Assembly (NCBI GenBank): GCA_963790475.1
Contig: CAWBOS010000015.1
Coordinates: forward strand, 320,001 to 384,000
From: an uncultured delta proteobacterium
Lineage (GTDB): Bacteria; Desulfobacterota; RBG-13-43-22
Length of the DNA: 64,000 nt
Reading direction: 5' to 3'
Shown here: piece by piece, positions 51,229 through 61,882 of the stretch
How positions within the stretch are numbered: position 1 is the first letter of the stretch
Layout: every line of letters begins with the position of its first letter
Notes under the pieces: model-generated
Database searches by the model: none
What the model was told of the DNA's origin: nothing
Seen by the model: the letters and a program-made list of their open reading frames with translations, nothing else
Made by a program: the position numbers and the translations under genes

Positions 51229-52290
51229 ATGGCTTTCCCATTAAAAACGGACAAACTTAGATCCCTTTTCTGGAGAATATTCCTTTTTGTGGCCGGGTCG
51301 GCCCCCCTTTTTTTTCTGATAGGGTATACCAAGCCGCCTCAGGAAAATCTTTCTTGGGTTTTACTTTTTGGAGTGGTCTATATTCTCTTTTTATTCTTCC
51401 TTTTTTTCTATTTGCAAACGGTTTTTTCCAGGGAACACATCAATAAGATGGTTGAAATAAGCTCCATGGCCGAAGAAATCCAAGCCGAAAAACTGGCTTC
51501 CCTGGGGCTGGTGTCGGCCGGGATTGCTCATGAGATTAATAATCCCTTGGGAATTATATTAGGCTATTGTGGGTTGCTCTTAGAAAAAATTGAACCGGAA
51601 ACGCAGCTCTATAACGACCTGAAAACCATTGAACGCCAGGGCCTGAACTGCAAACTTGTGGTTGACAATTTATTGAATTTTACCAGGTTGGGCGGAAACC
51701 CCGATGACAAGGTCAACCTTAAGGAAATCATCGAAAAAATAATGACCGTTGTTGGACCGGGGTTGAAGGCCCAGGGTATAATTTGTGAGTGTTCTTTTTC
51801 TTCCCAATTGCCTCCGGCCCGTGGAAATGTTCAAAAATGGCAGCAGGTGATTTTAAACCTAGTCAATAATGCTAAAACGGCCATGCCTGGTGGGGGGAGT
51901 CTTAAGATCTGGGCCTCGAGTCAACACCACCCCAAAACCATAGAAATTGGCATTCAAGATTCAGGAAATGGTATCCCCCCCAAAAACCTAAAGAGGATAT
52001 TCGAACCCTTTTTCACCACGAAAAACGAAGGGCGTGGAATTGGTTTGGGACTTTCCGTCACTTATGGTATTATTATTAATTATGGAGGGACCATAAGCTG
52101 CGAGAGTGAAACCAAGGATGCACCCGGCCGCCCCAAAGGTACAACCTTCATCATTTCCGTTCCCACGGCATCAGTTAAGAGCTTCGGCGTTGCGGGGAGT
52201 CAATTTGCGGCCTCATCAGTGCCCCATATCCATTATAATTTAATAAAAAATAGGTTCGACAAGGAAGCAATATGGCCGAAAGAATATTGA
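51229..52290 (+). CDS. Membrane histidine kinase with minimal sensor region
   Basis: Two TM helices, AHEINNPL, DSGNG, FEPFFTTK and GIGLGL motifs. Confidence 0.92.
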   Translation: MAFPLKTDKLRSLFWRIFLFVAGSAPLFFLIGYTKPPQENLSWVLLFGVVYILFLFFLFFYLQTVFSREHINKMVEISSMAEEIQAEKLASLGLVSAGIAHEINNPLGIILGYCGLLLEKIEPETQLYNDLKTIERQGLNCKLVVDNLLNFTRLGGNPDDKVNLKEIIEKIMTVVGPGLKAQGIICECSFSSQLPPARGNVQKWQQVILNLVNNAKTAMPGGGSLKIWASSQHHPKTIEIGIQDSGNGIPPKNLKRIFEPFFTTKNEGRGIGLGLSVTYGIIINYGGTISCESETKDAPGRPKGTTFIISVPTASVKSFGVAGSQFAASSVPHIHYNLIKNRFDKEAIWPKEY

Positions 52291-53672
52291 TCGTGGACGA
52301 TGAAATCGACATGCTTGAATTACTCAAGCGGATTATTGAAGATAAAACTAATTATCAGGTGGTTATCACCCCTGACCCCCTGGCGGTCCCCCAGATTCTT
52401 GAAGAAAATATTTTTGACCTGGTAATTACCGATTTGCGGATGCCTGCCCAAAGCGGTCTGGAGCTGCTCGAAATCATCCGGGAAAAAGATGATCAAATCC
52501 CGATCGTCATCCTGACCGCCTATGGAACCATTGAATCGGCCGTGGAGGCCATGCAAAAAGGGGCTTTCAGTTTTATCACCAAGCCTTTTAAAAAAGAAGA
52601 AATCCTTTTAACCATTGATAAGGCATTTAACTTTCAACGCTTGACCAAAGAGAATATCAGCCTGAGAAATGAGCTGGAAGAAAAACTGAAATTTCCCTTT
52701 CTGATCGGCAAAAGCCCTCTCATGGAGAAGGTCTACCAGCGCATTATACAGGTGGCCAGGACTTCAGCGACGATTCTGATCACCGGCGAATCAGGGACCG
52801 GGAAAGAATTGGCGGCCAAAACCCTCCACTTTCACAGCCAGAGAAAAGAAAGAAATTTTGTGGCCGTCAATTGTTCGGCCATCCCGGAGACCCTCATTGA
52901 AAGCGAATTATTCGGTCATTTAAAAGGTTCCTTTACCGGAGCCATCCGGGATAAAAAAGGACTGGTGGACGAAGCGGATCGCGGGACCTTGTTCCTTGAC
53001 GAAATCGGGGACTTGAACCTGATCATGCAGACCAAATTGCTGCGTCTGCTTCAGGAAGGGGAATATAAACCGGTCGGAAGTTCCAAAACTTTAATCGCCG
53101 ATCTTAGGTTTGTCGCCGCCACCAACCAGGATTTAATGGGAAAAATCCATAAGAAAGAATTTCGGGAGGATTTGTTTTATCGATTGAATGTGATTCAGAT
53201 TCTGTTACCCCCCTTAAGAGATCGTAAAGAGGATATCCCGATCCTGGCCCGGCATTTCCTCGAAAAATATAGCCGACTCAATCAAAAAGAAATCAAGGGA
53301 ATTGAATCTGAAGCCCTGGAGGTGCTGATGACCCGGGACTGGCCCGGAAATATCAGAGAATTAGAGAATGTCCTCGAACGAGGGGTTATTTTAACCAGGA
53401 CCGATCTCCTCCAGGTATCCGACTTGTTTCCGGAGAATCAGCCGGCATCTTTTCCATTCAGGATTCAGGAAAATATCTTCATGTCCCCTTTTAAAGAGGC
53501 CAAGGAAAATATTATCAATAATTTTCATATCGAATATATCCGCAGGGTCCTGGCTAAACACGGCGGGAACGTTTCCCTGGCAGCTAAGGAATGTGGTCTT
53601 AAACGGCCTTATCTCCACCGCCTGATGCGGGACAACGATATCAAATCTAAAACCTATCGTCATTCCGGTTAG
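52272..53672 (+). CDS. NtrC-family sigma54 response regulator
   Basis: Receiver domain, GESGTGKE, GSFTGA, LFLDEIG and C-terminal HTH. Confidence 0.96.
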   Translation: MAERILIVDDEIDMLELLKRIIEDKTNYQVVITPDPLAVPQILEENIFDLVITDLRMPAQSGLELLEIIREKDDQIPIVILTAYGTIESAVEAMQKGAFSFITKPFKKEEILLTIDKAFNFQRLTKENISLRNELEEKLKFPFLIGKSPLMEKVYQRIIQVARTSATILITGESGTGKELAAKTLHFHSQRKERNFVAVNCSAIPETLIESELFGHLKGSFTGAIRDKKGLVDEADRGTLFLDEIGDLNLIMQTKLLRLLQEGEYKPVGSSKTLIADLRFVAATNQDLMGKIHKKEFREDLFYRLNVIQILLPPLRDRKEDIPILARHFLEKYSRLNQKEIKGIESEALEVLMTRDWPGNIRELENVLERGVILTRTDLLQVSDLFPENQPASFPFRIQENIFMSPFKEAKENIINNFHIEYIRRVLAKHGGNVSLAAKECGLKRPYLHRLMRDNDIKSKTYRHSG

Positions 53673-53815
53673 AATTTTCTTAACAATTGACTCTGAGGTC
53701 TTTATGTATAAAATAGGTGACATCCTGTATCTTGAAAAGCATCTAAACCTGATCCAGGTAAAGAATTTAGGCGAAAAAACTTTTTAAAAATACCTAATTG
53801 CAACCATTGAACCAT

Positions 53816-53831
53816 TGGCACATTATTTGAA
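53816..53831 (+). promoter_or_regulatory. Putative sigma54 promoter of the TauE operon
   Basis: TGGCACATTATTTGAA; GG-N10-GA. Confidence 0.6.
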
Positions 53832-54058
53832 TTCATAAAACTGTTTACGATTGAGTCTCTTGTCTTACTCACAAATTCGGTCTCCCCGGAATATTCCGGT
53901 TAAGTCCGGGGCAGCTGACGCCGAGGTTCGGCAAAAAGGAACGTTTTTCAAAGCGCTCTCCAGGAAAGAATAAGGAGGCGGGATGAGGACAAAAGACTTT
54001 AACAAGGTGCTCTCTTATTAAATGTATGCCATTTTCAATAAAGAAGGAGGCTTAAGTT

Positions 54059-55315
54059 ATGAGCGTAGGCAGACAAGTCTTTGAATTTTTAAAGGCCGGG
54101 GCCATAGCCCATGCCCAATGGGACATCGAGGTCTCCTTGAGCATTTTGAGGGACAGGAAAAAGCTTCTGATTCTCCTATGTATGTTGCTGCCCATTTTTG
54201 CGGTGGCTATTTGTGAAGGGGCTAATATTTTGGGAGGCAAGGACGCTTATGCCCCGTCTCACTATACTACCACCATCTTTCTGGCTTCCGTTGCCATCGG
54301 GCTTTGCGCCGGTTTAATCACCGGGTGTATCGGGGCTGGAGGGGGGTTTATCGTCACCCCGGCCTTGATGGCCGCGGGGGTGAAGGGGATCCTGGCCGTG
54401 GGGACCGATCTCTTCCATATTTTCGCCAAGGCGATTATGGGCACCGCGGTCCACAAGAAATTGGGCAACGTTTCCGTTAAGCTGGCCATTGCCTTTCTGG
54501 CCGGTTCCGGTGTGGGAACGTTTATCGGAGGCTACATCAACAAGGCCCTCTATAATATCGATCCTCTGCTCAGCGACACTTTTATCAGTGTCATTTATGC
54601 CGTCCTCCTGGGATTCCTGGGTTTTTATGCCCTGTTCGATTTTATCAAATCATCCAGAGAGGAATCGTCTGCTTCCTCCGGAGGAGGCCATGATGCCCAT
54701 GGGGGACCCGCCGGGGTAACCGGTGTGGCCGTTAAAGTGCAGAATTTGAACCTTCCTCCCATGATCGGTTTTGATGAAGACCTGGGTGGACGAAAAATCT
54801 CCGGGGTGATCGTGGCCCTGGGGGGGGTTGTGGTTGGTTTGCTGGCGGCTCTGATGGGGGTGGGAGGCGGATTCGTTACCTTTCCCATGTTTGTCTATAT
54901 CTTCGGTGTTTCTTCCATGACTACCGTGGGTACTGACATCTTACAGATCATCTTTACCGCAGGATTGGCAGCTATAGCCCAGTATGCCATTTACGGTTAT
55001 GTTTTCTATTCGCTGGCCATGGGCATGTTGATCGGCTCCTTAGTTGGAATCCAAGTGGGCGCCTTAACCACTAAGGTGGTCAAGGGGATTCATATCCGGG
55101 GATTTTATGCAGTTTCCATCCTGGCCGGCTTTATCAATCGGGTAGCGACCCTGCCTAAGAAGTTTACTGAAATGGAAGTGATCAATATTCCCAAATCAAT
55201 AAGCGGGCCTATCGATTTTGCCGGGGCGATCATCTTCTGGGTCGTGGTGGGTTTTTTCGGCCTCTGGGTCTTTAGCAAGTTCTTTGGAAATTTAAAAGTA
55301 TTGAGGGAGGGATAA
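54059..55315 (+). CDS. TauE/SafE family membrane transporter
   Basis: GAGGGF..P, AVGTDL and GVGGGF internal repeat. Confidence 0.9.
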   Translation: MSVGRQVFEFLKAGAIAHAQWDIEVSLSILRDRKKLLILLCMLLPIFAVAICEGANILGGKDAYAPSHYTTTIFLASVAIGLCAGLITGCIGAGGGFIVTPALMAAGVKGILAVGTDLFHIFAKAIMGTAVHKKLGNVSVKLAIAFLAGSGVGTFIGGYINKALYNIDPLLSDTFISVIYAVLLGFLGFYALFDFIKSSREESSASSGGGHDAHGGPAGVTGVAVKVQNLNLPPMIGFDEDLGGRKISGVIVALGGVVVGLLAALMGVGGGFVTFPMFVYIFGVSSMTTVGTDILQIIFTAGLAAIAQYAIYGYVFYSLAMGMLIGSLVGIQVGALTTKVVKGIHIRGFYAVSILAGFINRVATLPKKFTEMEVINIPKSISGPIDFAGAIIFWVVVGFFGLWVFSKFFGNLKVLREG

Positions 55316-55318
55316 GCC

Positions 55319-56032
55319 ATGGTGATTCGTAATAAAGGACCTTTTATCATGGGGTTGTTTTTGGCCATTTCCTTTATTGGGGTCTGGATTCTTATTTTTT
55401 CTCCGATTTACGGGGGAGGCATGAACGGTCTCGATTTTGCCGATGACCTTTTTAATAAGTTATCCAAGGGTTCCTCCTATTTTATTCCTGATTTAAAGGA
55501 AGCCAATAAAGAATTCCAGGGAAAATCTTTTGCGGTAAGTATCACCCTGGAAAAACCCAAGGAAGCGGAGCAGATCAGCAAACTGTTTGTAGCTGCCGGG
55601 GCTAAAGTTGATGTCCAGGGCACCAATTTAAAGATTGAAGGGGACTTTGGTAAAACCATAGACCTGGTTTTAAAGGATTCCGACCTGATGTTTCATAATC
55701 AGGGAAAAGAGTTGATGACCGCCTACGGTTTTGATGAAAAAGAAGTGATGAAAGGTTGGTGGACCGCCTTATCCAAGATGGAAAAATTCTTTAAAAAGAA
55801 CTTCAAGATCGAGGAAGCCAATCATATTTCGGAAATAAGCAAAAAAGGGATCGAACCGGCCTATAATTTTTACAAGATTGAACCTCAGCGGGTGATCGAT
55901 CGGGCCGGCCTGATGACTTTTTTGCTGGTTTTTTATTTATTCTATACCATTTGGTGGGGTTATGGCATCTTTTATATTTTTGACGGCGTCGGGCTGACCA
56001 TGAAAAAGGCCAAGATCAAGAAAGAAGTTTAA
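55319..56032 (+). CDS. Membrane protein associated with the TauE gene
   Basis: N- and C-terminal TM helices; FNKLSKGSSYF and EPAYNFY motifs; tightly coupled to the upstream gene. Confidence 0.8.
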   Translation: MVIRNKGPFIMGLFLAISFIGVWILIFSPIYGGGMNGLDFADDLFNKLSKGSSYFIPDLKEANKEFQGKSFAVSITLEKPKEAEQISKLFVAAGAKVDVQGTNLKIEGDFGKTIDLVLKDSDLMFHNQGKELMTAYGFDEKEVMKGWWTALSKMEKFFKKNFKIEEANHISEISKKGIEPAYNFYKIEPQRVIDRAGLMTFLLVFYLFYTIWWGYGIFYIFDGVGLTMKKAKIKKEV

Positions 56033-56143
56033 AAAAAGTTGCGAGTTGCGAGTTGTTCTCAAGGGTGGACAACCCTGCATCTTGTTTTTCTGTAATTCTG
56101 TTTTTTATTCCGCAATCCGAAATCGGAAATCCGCAATCAAACG

Positions 56144-56587
56144 ATGGGGGTAACAATGAAAATACTGGTGGCCATAGATGGTTCGAAGGATTCCGGGAAA
56201 GGTTCTGAGTTGGCCCTGAATATAGCCAAAGCCCAGGGGGCTGAGGTAACGCTTTTGGCGGTAATCCCCGTTTATCCGGGTATTGATCTGGAGATCACGG
56301 CCCGGGCCCGAGATTCCCTGGACAACAAGTTGAGCGCTCAGGCCGAGTTGGACTTAGGCAAGGCGAAAGATTTATTCCAGTCGGAAGGCATTACCCCCAA
56401 AGCCATATTGGTCAGTTCGGGGGCAATTGCCGATGAGATCATCACCATGGCGGAACAGGATAAAATGGATCTGATTGTTATCGGCAGCCGGGGCCTAGGG
56501 GCCACCGGGCGTTTCAGTCTGGGGGGAACGGCTATGAAAATAATCAGTCAGGCCCCTTGTTCTGTGCTAGTAGCCAAGGCGGAATAA
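56144..56587 (+). CDS. Universal stress protein
   Basis: KILVAIDGS, LIVIGSRG..LGG and APCSVLV motifs. Confidence 0.92.
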   Translation: MGVTMKILVAIDGSKDSGKGSELALNIAKAQGAEVTLLAVIPVYPGIDLEITARARDSLDNKLSAQAELDLGKAKDLFQSEGITPKAILVSSGAIADEIITMAEQDKMDLIVIGSRGLGATGRFSLGGTAMKIISQAPCSVLVAKAE

Positions 56588-56698
56588 AGAATGACAAGGG
56601 GAGGGGGCGATACGGAGACTCGGGGAAATGGGGGAATAATATAACAAACTCCTCTCGCTTATTCTCCGCGTCACCGTATCACCGTGTCCCCGCGTCTT

Positions 56699-57814
56699 TT
56701 ATTTGGACGGATCGAATTCGTAATTCCCCCGCAGGAAAGCTTCGACGTGCCAGGAAACAATTGATTCATCATTCATGACCATGTCTCGTTGACGGGAGCA
56801 GCCCATTAATCTTCCGATCAGATCCAGATTTTTTTCCGTACAAGCACGATCCCGGTGCAGGAGCCGGGCGTTAACCCAATCCTTTTGGACGACCACTTCA
56901 AAGTCAAGTTTTTCCAAGACAGCCCCGATAAATCGGGCCCTACGGGCCCGGCGCACATCGTCGGCCGCTCCGCCTTTGAACATAAACCGGATATGATTAT
57001 TATCCCGGTTGTCAGAGATATAGGAATCCACCGAGGTGTAATGGTAGCCCAGACGGGAATTGTAATTCATATATTCTCCAGTCAGCAAGGCATAGGTCTT
57101 ATCCCAGAAATCTTCTTCCGGGCGGCTGGTACTCTGGGCCATGATCACCATCAGACCTTTTAAATTGACTCCAATCGGTCCGGACCAGGATATTCCCTGG
57201 CAATACATACCCTTGAACATGGCCAGCATGGGTTCGGAAAGGATTTCCTCCTTGCGAACCAACTTCTTTTCTGTGCCCGAAAACAGCCCCCCACCCAGGT
57301 CAATGACGTGAAGATTGATCGGCAGCCCGGTTTGAACCCTTATGGCCTTGGACCAGCTCGGATCAAAGCGATCCAAAAGGTCAAACATTTCTTCAACCGC
57401 CAGTTCATGGGTATAGTCCAGAAGGTCCTCCAGACCATGCAATTCTTTGACCGGAAAAGGTCCTGGATTGGGCCTGATTTGATTCTGAAACATAGAAAGA
57501 TAAAGGCTGTCTGATCCTCTCCAGGGGTTTTGACAAAGCCCATCTTGAATGTCCTGAAATTTTTTCACCTGGTCCAGGGAGCATTGATTGGAGATCATGT
57601 TCAATGACCCGATAATCGTCCCAATCGTTTGGGAAAGGTCCTGGGACATTTCAGGATCTTGCCCCCGGATTATTTCCAGGGCCTTGGCCCTGGCCTCCAT
57701 CAGGGCTCGAAAATGGTTGTAAATGGCCTGAAAATTTTCAAGCAGGGAATTTTTTGATTTGGAATCCGGATGGATCAGTTTTTTTAACCAGGTTTTCATG
57801 CCAATGGCCAGCAA
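56699..57814 (-). CDS. Paralog of the PEP-synthase-like protein with only N- and C-terminal domains
   Basis: VIDLGGG, SRLGYH, FKGGAAD and RQRDM shared with 59184-61787; no ATP-grasp or His domain. Confidence 0.8.
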   Translation of the reverse strand: MLAIGMKTWLKKLIHPDSKSKNSLLENFQAIYNHFRALMEARAKALEIIRGQDPEMSQDLSQTIGTIIGSLNMISNQCSLDQVKKFQDIQDGLCQNPWRGSDSLYLSMFQNQIRPNPGPFPVKELHGLEDLLDYTHELAVEEMFDLLDRFDPSWSKAIRVQTGLPINLHVIDLGGGLFSGTEKKLVRKEEILSEPMLAMFKGMYCQGISWSGPIGVNLKGLMVIMAQSTSRPEEDFWDKTYALLTGEYMNYNSRLGYHYTSVDSYISDNRDNNHIRFMFKGGAADDVRRARRARFIGAVLEKLDFEVVVQKDWVNARLLHRDRACTEKNLDLIGRLMGCSRQRDMVMNDESIVSWHVEAFLRGNYEFDPSK

Positions 57815-57889
57815 CTTTTTTTCAAGCTTGATGAATATCCTTTTTTACTTTATTATCCTTTCATCTTCAAGATAAAAAGAGGAGTTTTC

Positions 57890-58075
57890 ATGGGAGTCCT
57901 GGAATACCTGATTAAAATGGCCGTTGATGCCGCCCCGCAACGTCCCGGATTTCAAACCCGGACCCTTTATATTCTCATTAATCTGGCCCTTCCCATTTTG
58001 CTGGGGATTGTTCTGGCCTGGATAACCCGGGTTATGGAAAAAGGCTTGCTCCGCCTGCTGGGCGAGAAACGCTGA
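57890..58075 (+). CDS. Small membrane protein
   Basis: 61 aa, SD GAGGAG, one TM helix, coupled to the next gene. Confidence 0.65.
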   Translation: MGVLEYLIKMAVDAAPQRPGFQTRTLYILINLALPILLGIVLAWITRVMEKGLLRLLGEKR

Positions 58076-58077
58076 TC

Positions 58078-59034
58078 ATGGACACCCCCTTTTCTTTTTT
58101 CCCGATAGCCTCTTACTGGGCTCAGATCCAGGGCCTTCAAATTCATCCGAATCTGACAGGCCTGATCGTTCTTGGTTTTCTTGTCGGAGGGATAACCGGC
58201 TTTTTCGGCGTTGGGGGCAGATTGTTAACCTCGCCTTTGCTAAATGCCCTGTTTAATATTCCCTATAATGTAGCCGTAGGCAGCGACCTCTGTCAGATGC
58301 TGGGCACCTCGACCTTGAATATCCTCCGGTTTAAAAGAATGAGCCGTATCGATTATACGCTGGGAGGCTGGATGCTGGCCGGAACGATCATCGGTGTGGA
58401 AGGGGGAACAAGACTTCTGGAAATCCTGAAACAGGCCGGGAAGTTCAGCCTCAGGGGAACATCCATCGCTTATCTGCCTCTGGTTATGAGTTTGGTTTAC
58501 AGTGCCCTGCTGCTCTGGATTGGAATGATCATCTATCGGGAAGCCAGGGCGGCTGAGAAGGAAGAAGCGGCTGAGGGACTGATTGCCCCCCTTCAACCGG
58601 CCATGACCGCCAAACTTCAACATATGCATTTGGCTCCGATGATATCGCTTCCGGTATCCGGGATAGAGGCCATTTCTCTCTGGGTGATCCTCGGCGTCGG
58701 TATGACCACCGGCTTGCTGGTCGGCTTTTTAGGGGCCGGGGGCGGATTTATCCGCATGCCGGCCTTGATTTACGTCATCGGATGTCCCATGGTGGTAGCT
58801 ATCGGAACGGACCTCTTGGAAAGTATTTTTTCTCTGGGCTATGGGACCATAACCCACTCCTTAAAAGGCAATATAGATCTGATCCTGGTGGTCATTCTTC
58901 TAATCACCGGCAGCCTGGGAAATCAGATAGGCGCGGTTTTAGCTAAAAGGCTCACTAATCCCAACCTGCGGCAGATTTTCGCCTTTATCGCCTTCGCGGT
59001 TGTAATTTTGCTGGTAGTCAAACTGATTATATAA
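58078..59034 (+). CDS. Second TauE/SafE family transporter
   Basis: GFFGVGG, AVGSDL, GAGGGF and AIGTDL motifs. Confidence 0.88.
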   Translation: MDTPFSFFPIASYWAQIQGLQIHPNLTGLIVLGFLVGGITGFFGVGGRLLTSPLLNALFNIPYNVAVGSDLCQMLGTSTLNILRFKRMSRIDYTLGGWMLAGTIIGVEGGTRLLEILKQAGKFSLRGTSIAYLPLVMSLVYSALLLWIGMIIYREARAAEKEEAAEGLIAPLQPAMTAKLQHMHLAPMISLPVSGIEAISLWVILGVGMTTGLLVGFLGAGGGFIRMPALIYVIGCPMVVAIGTDLLESIFSLGYGTITHSLKGNIDLILVVILLITGSLGNQIGAVLAKRLTNPNLRQIFAFIAFAVVILLVVKLII

Positions 59035-59183
59035 TTATAATTAATTCAGATGTCGAAACCAAAGAATTTTTTTTTTGTTTCGAGTTGCGGGTTAGTTAAT
59101 CAAATGTTCTCTTATGAATCATGCCTTGAAACCCGCAATCCGTAATGAGGTCTTAGTCTACAGGGCATGGTCAGGACTATCGC

Positions 59184-61787
59184 ATGTTGGATTTAAAAGG
59201 ATTTTTGAAAAGACGACAGGAAGGAAAAATCCGGAAGGCCGAGAAGGCCCGGGACCAAATTCGTCTGTCCTTTACCCAGCGGTATTTGAATTTTAAAACC
59301 CTCCTCAGCCTTAATGACAAAGTTTTAGAGATCATCAATGAAATGGAACAGGCCCTGGAAAGTGATCAGGGCTTTGGAATGGCCTTTGTCCGAGCCCATT
59401 GCACCGCCCTTTCGGTTAACCTGTTTAAGATAATTCAAAGCCTCAATGCCATTACTGATAGTAGAAACAAGATCCTCTTCCCGGTCTTCGATGGGATCTG
59501 GGCCAAAATCGATCAGGAATTGAAAAGGAAAAAAACCTCGACCCAGGGAGAGTGGATCCTTCCCCTGAAAGCAGTGAACAAAACCATGGCCGACCAAACA
59601 GGGAATAAAATGGCTAATCTTGGGGAGGTAAAGAATCAGGTGGGCCTGCCTGTTCCCGAGGGATTTGTAATTACAGCCTCGGCTTATGATTTTTTTCTGG
59701 AGAAAAACCTTTTGCAGGATGAGATCAACCGGCGGATTCAATTTCTGGAACCTTCCGATATTGCCCAGCTCCATGAAACCAGTTCGGAAATCCAGAAATT
59801 AATCACCAATGCCGTCCTCCCTCCCGAATTGGAAGAAGCCATTATGTCCGCCTATCAGGACTTAATAAAAAATACTGACCAGGGGACGCGTGTTTCCATG
59901 CGCAGCAGCGCCTTGGGAGAAGACGCCCAGGAGGCCTCTTTTGCCGGTCAGTATCGTTCCCTCCTCAATGTAAGCCCGGACTACCTGATCCTGTCTTACA
60001 AAGAAATTCTGGCCAGCAAATATTCGGTTCCCGCTATAGCCTACCGCCTCAACAAAGGATTCCTGGATGAAGACATCGTTATGTGTGTCGGGTGTATGGC
60101 TATGATCCAGGCCGAGGCTGCGGGGGTAATGTATTCCGCCGACCCGGGGGACAGACAGAAACAAGGGATCATCATCAACGCCGTCTTAGGACTGGGCAAA
60201 TCCGTGGTCGATGGAAGCCTGATACCCGACCTGTTTATCGTTGACAGAAAAAATACCCATCACCTGACCAAAAAAGAAATACAGAAGAAAACAAAGAAAT
60301 TTATCTGTGATCCGGAAGAGGGGGTCTGCCTGGAAACTCTGGTTGAAACCGGAGAACAGCACCCGGCCATCACCGATGAACAGGCCGGGAGTTTGGCCGA
60401 AATGGCCCTCCGTCTGGAATCCCATTTCAACTGCCCCCAGGATATCGAATGGGCTATTCAAACCGACGGGTCTTTTCAGATTCTCCAGGCCCGACCCCTT
60501 TTGATCCTTGGGAAAGAAACCCCTCCGGCAGAAGCGGTTTCGACGCCCCCGATAGAACAGCCGCTGATCCTGGAAGGGGGGATAACGGCCAGTCCCGGTG
60601 CGGCCAGCGGCCCGGCCTTTTTAATTGAAACAACCGTTGACATGCTGCAGTTTCCTTCCGGTGCGGTGCTGGTGGCCAGAAACCCCTTGCCCCAATGGGC
60701 AGCCCTTTTAACCCATTCCGCAGCCGTGGTAACCGATCAGGGGGCACTGACCGGTCACCTGGCGGCCGTTGCCCGGGAATTCAAGGTTCCAGCCCTGATG
60801 GGTACACAGAAGGCCTTTCAAACGATTCAGCGGGGAGATTTGATTACTGTCGATGCCACGGGTCATAAGATCTATGCCGGAAGAGTGGATGCCCTTCTCG
60901 CCGGATCAATAAAAAAATCAAGCCCCATGAAAGACAGCCCGGTTTATCGTTCCTTGGAAAAAATCCTTAAGTATATCGCTCCTCTGAACCTGACCGATCC
61001 CGAAGGCGGAACTTTCACCCCGGAGGCTTGTCAAACCCTTCATGACATCATACGATATGCCCATGAAATGTCCCTGAGAGCGCTTTTTGATGACCGGAAA
61101 GAAATATCTATCTCTGAAAAAGTGGCCAAAAAGCTGGTTTCCGAGATCCCCATGGAATGGTGGGTGATTGATTTGGACGGAGGAGTCCGGGAAGGAATTG
61201 ACGGCCCTACCCTTCAACTGGAAGATATCCACTCGGTTCCCTTATTGGCTTTGTGGAAAGGGCTGGCGGCTGTTCCCTGGAAAGGCCCGCCACCGGTGGA
61301 CGCTCGCGGCTTTCTTTCCATCCTGGCCGAATCCACTATGGACCCCTCTCTGGAATACGGACAAGATTCAGAAATGTCAGCCAAAAACTTTGCCATCATT
61401 TCTGAGAATTTTTGTCATTTAAGTACCCGGCTGGGATTTCATTTCTCGACGGTGGAAGCCTATCTGGGGGATCAAGCCGCAGAAAACTATGTCTGGTTCT
61501 ATTTTAAAGGAGGGGCAGCCGATCGGGTTCGCAAGGAACAGAGGAGCCGTCTAATCCAGATTATCCTGGAAGGATTCCATTTTTGGGTGCAAACGAAAGG
61601 AGATTTGATTTCGGCACGGTTGGAACGGCAAGAAAAAGAAATTTTAGCAGACCGATTAAAGGTCCTGGGCTATTTGATCCTCCACACCCGGCAGTTGGAT
61701 ATGGTCCTTTCCAATCCCGGAAAAGTTAATCAGTACATTGAAAAAATGCTCGCAGAAATAAGTACGTTTGTAAATATTCCAGCTTAA
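59184..61787 (+). CDS. PEP-synthase-like protein (ATP-grasp + phospho-His domain + uncharacterised C-terminal domain)
   Basis: GNKMANLGE, RSSA..ED, SFAGQY, DIEWA, LQARP and LTGHLAAVARE motifs; no pyruvate-binding barrel. Confidence 0.88.
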   Translation: MLDLKGFLKRRQEGKIRKAEKARDQIRLSFTQRYLNFKTLLSLNDKVLEIINEMEQALESDQGFGMAFVRAHCTALSVNLFKIIQSLNAITDSRNKILFPVFDGIWAKIDQELKRKKTSTQGEWILPLKAVNKTMADQTGNKMANLGEVKNQVGLPVPEGFVITASAYDFFLEKNLLQDEINRRIQFLEPSDIAQLHETSSEIQKLITNAVLPPELEEAIMSAYQDLIKNTDQGTRVSMRSSALGEDAQEASFAGQYRSLLNVSPDYLILSYKEILASKYSVPAIAYRLNKGFLDEDIVMCVGCMAMIQAEAAGVMYSADPGDRQKQGIIINAVLGLGKSVVDGSLIPDLFIVDRKNTHHLTKKEIQKKTKKFICDPEEGVCLETLVETGEQHPAITDEQAGSLAEMALRLESHFNCPQDIEWAIQTDGSFQILQARPLLILGKETPPAEAVSTPPIEQPLILEGGITASPGAASGPAFLIETTVDMLQFPSGAVLVARNPLPQWAALLTHSAAVVTDQGALTGHLAAVAREFKVPALMGTQKAFQTIQRGDLITVDATGHKIYAGRVDALLAGSIKKSSPMKDSPVYRSLEKILKYIAPLNLTDPEGGTFTPEACQTLHDIIRYAHEMSLRALFDDRKEISISEKVAKKLVSEIPMEWWVIDLDGGVREGIDGPTLQLEDIHSVPLLALWKGLAAVPWKGPPPVDARGFLSILAESTMDPSLEYGQDSEMSAKNFAIISENFCHLSTRLGFHFSTVEAYLGDQAAENYVWFYFKGGAADRVRKEQRSRLIQIILEGFHFWVQTKGDLISARLERQEKEILADRLKVLGYLILHTRQLDMVLSNPGKVNQYIEKMLAEISTFVNIPA

Positions 61788-61882
61788 GATAAGAGCTCAC
61801 AGTTCATTGCTCATTGCGCAAAGGAAAAGCCTTTGCCATGAGCTATCAGCTACGAGCTGTCAGCTAAATAGGGAGGTGTTCA

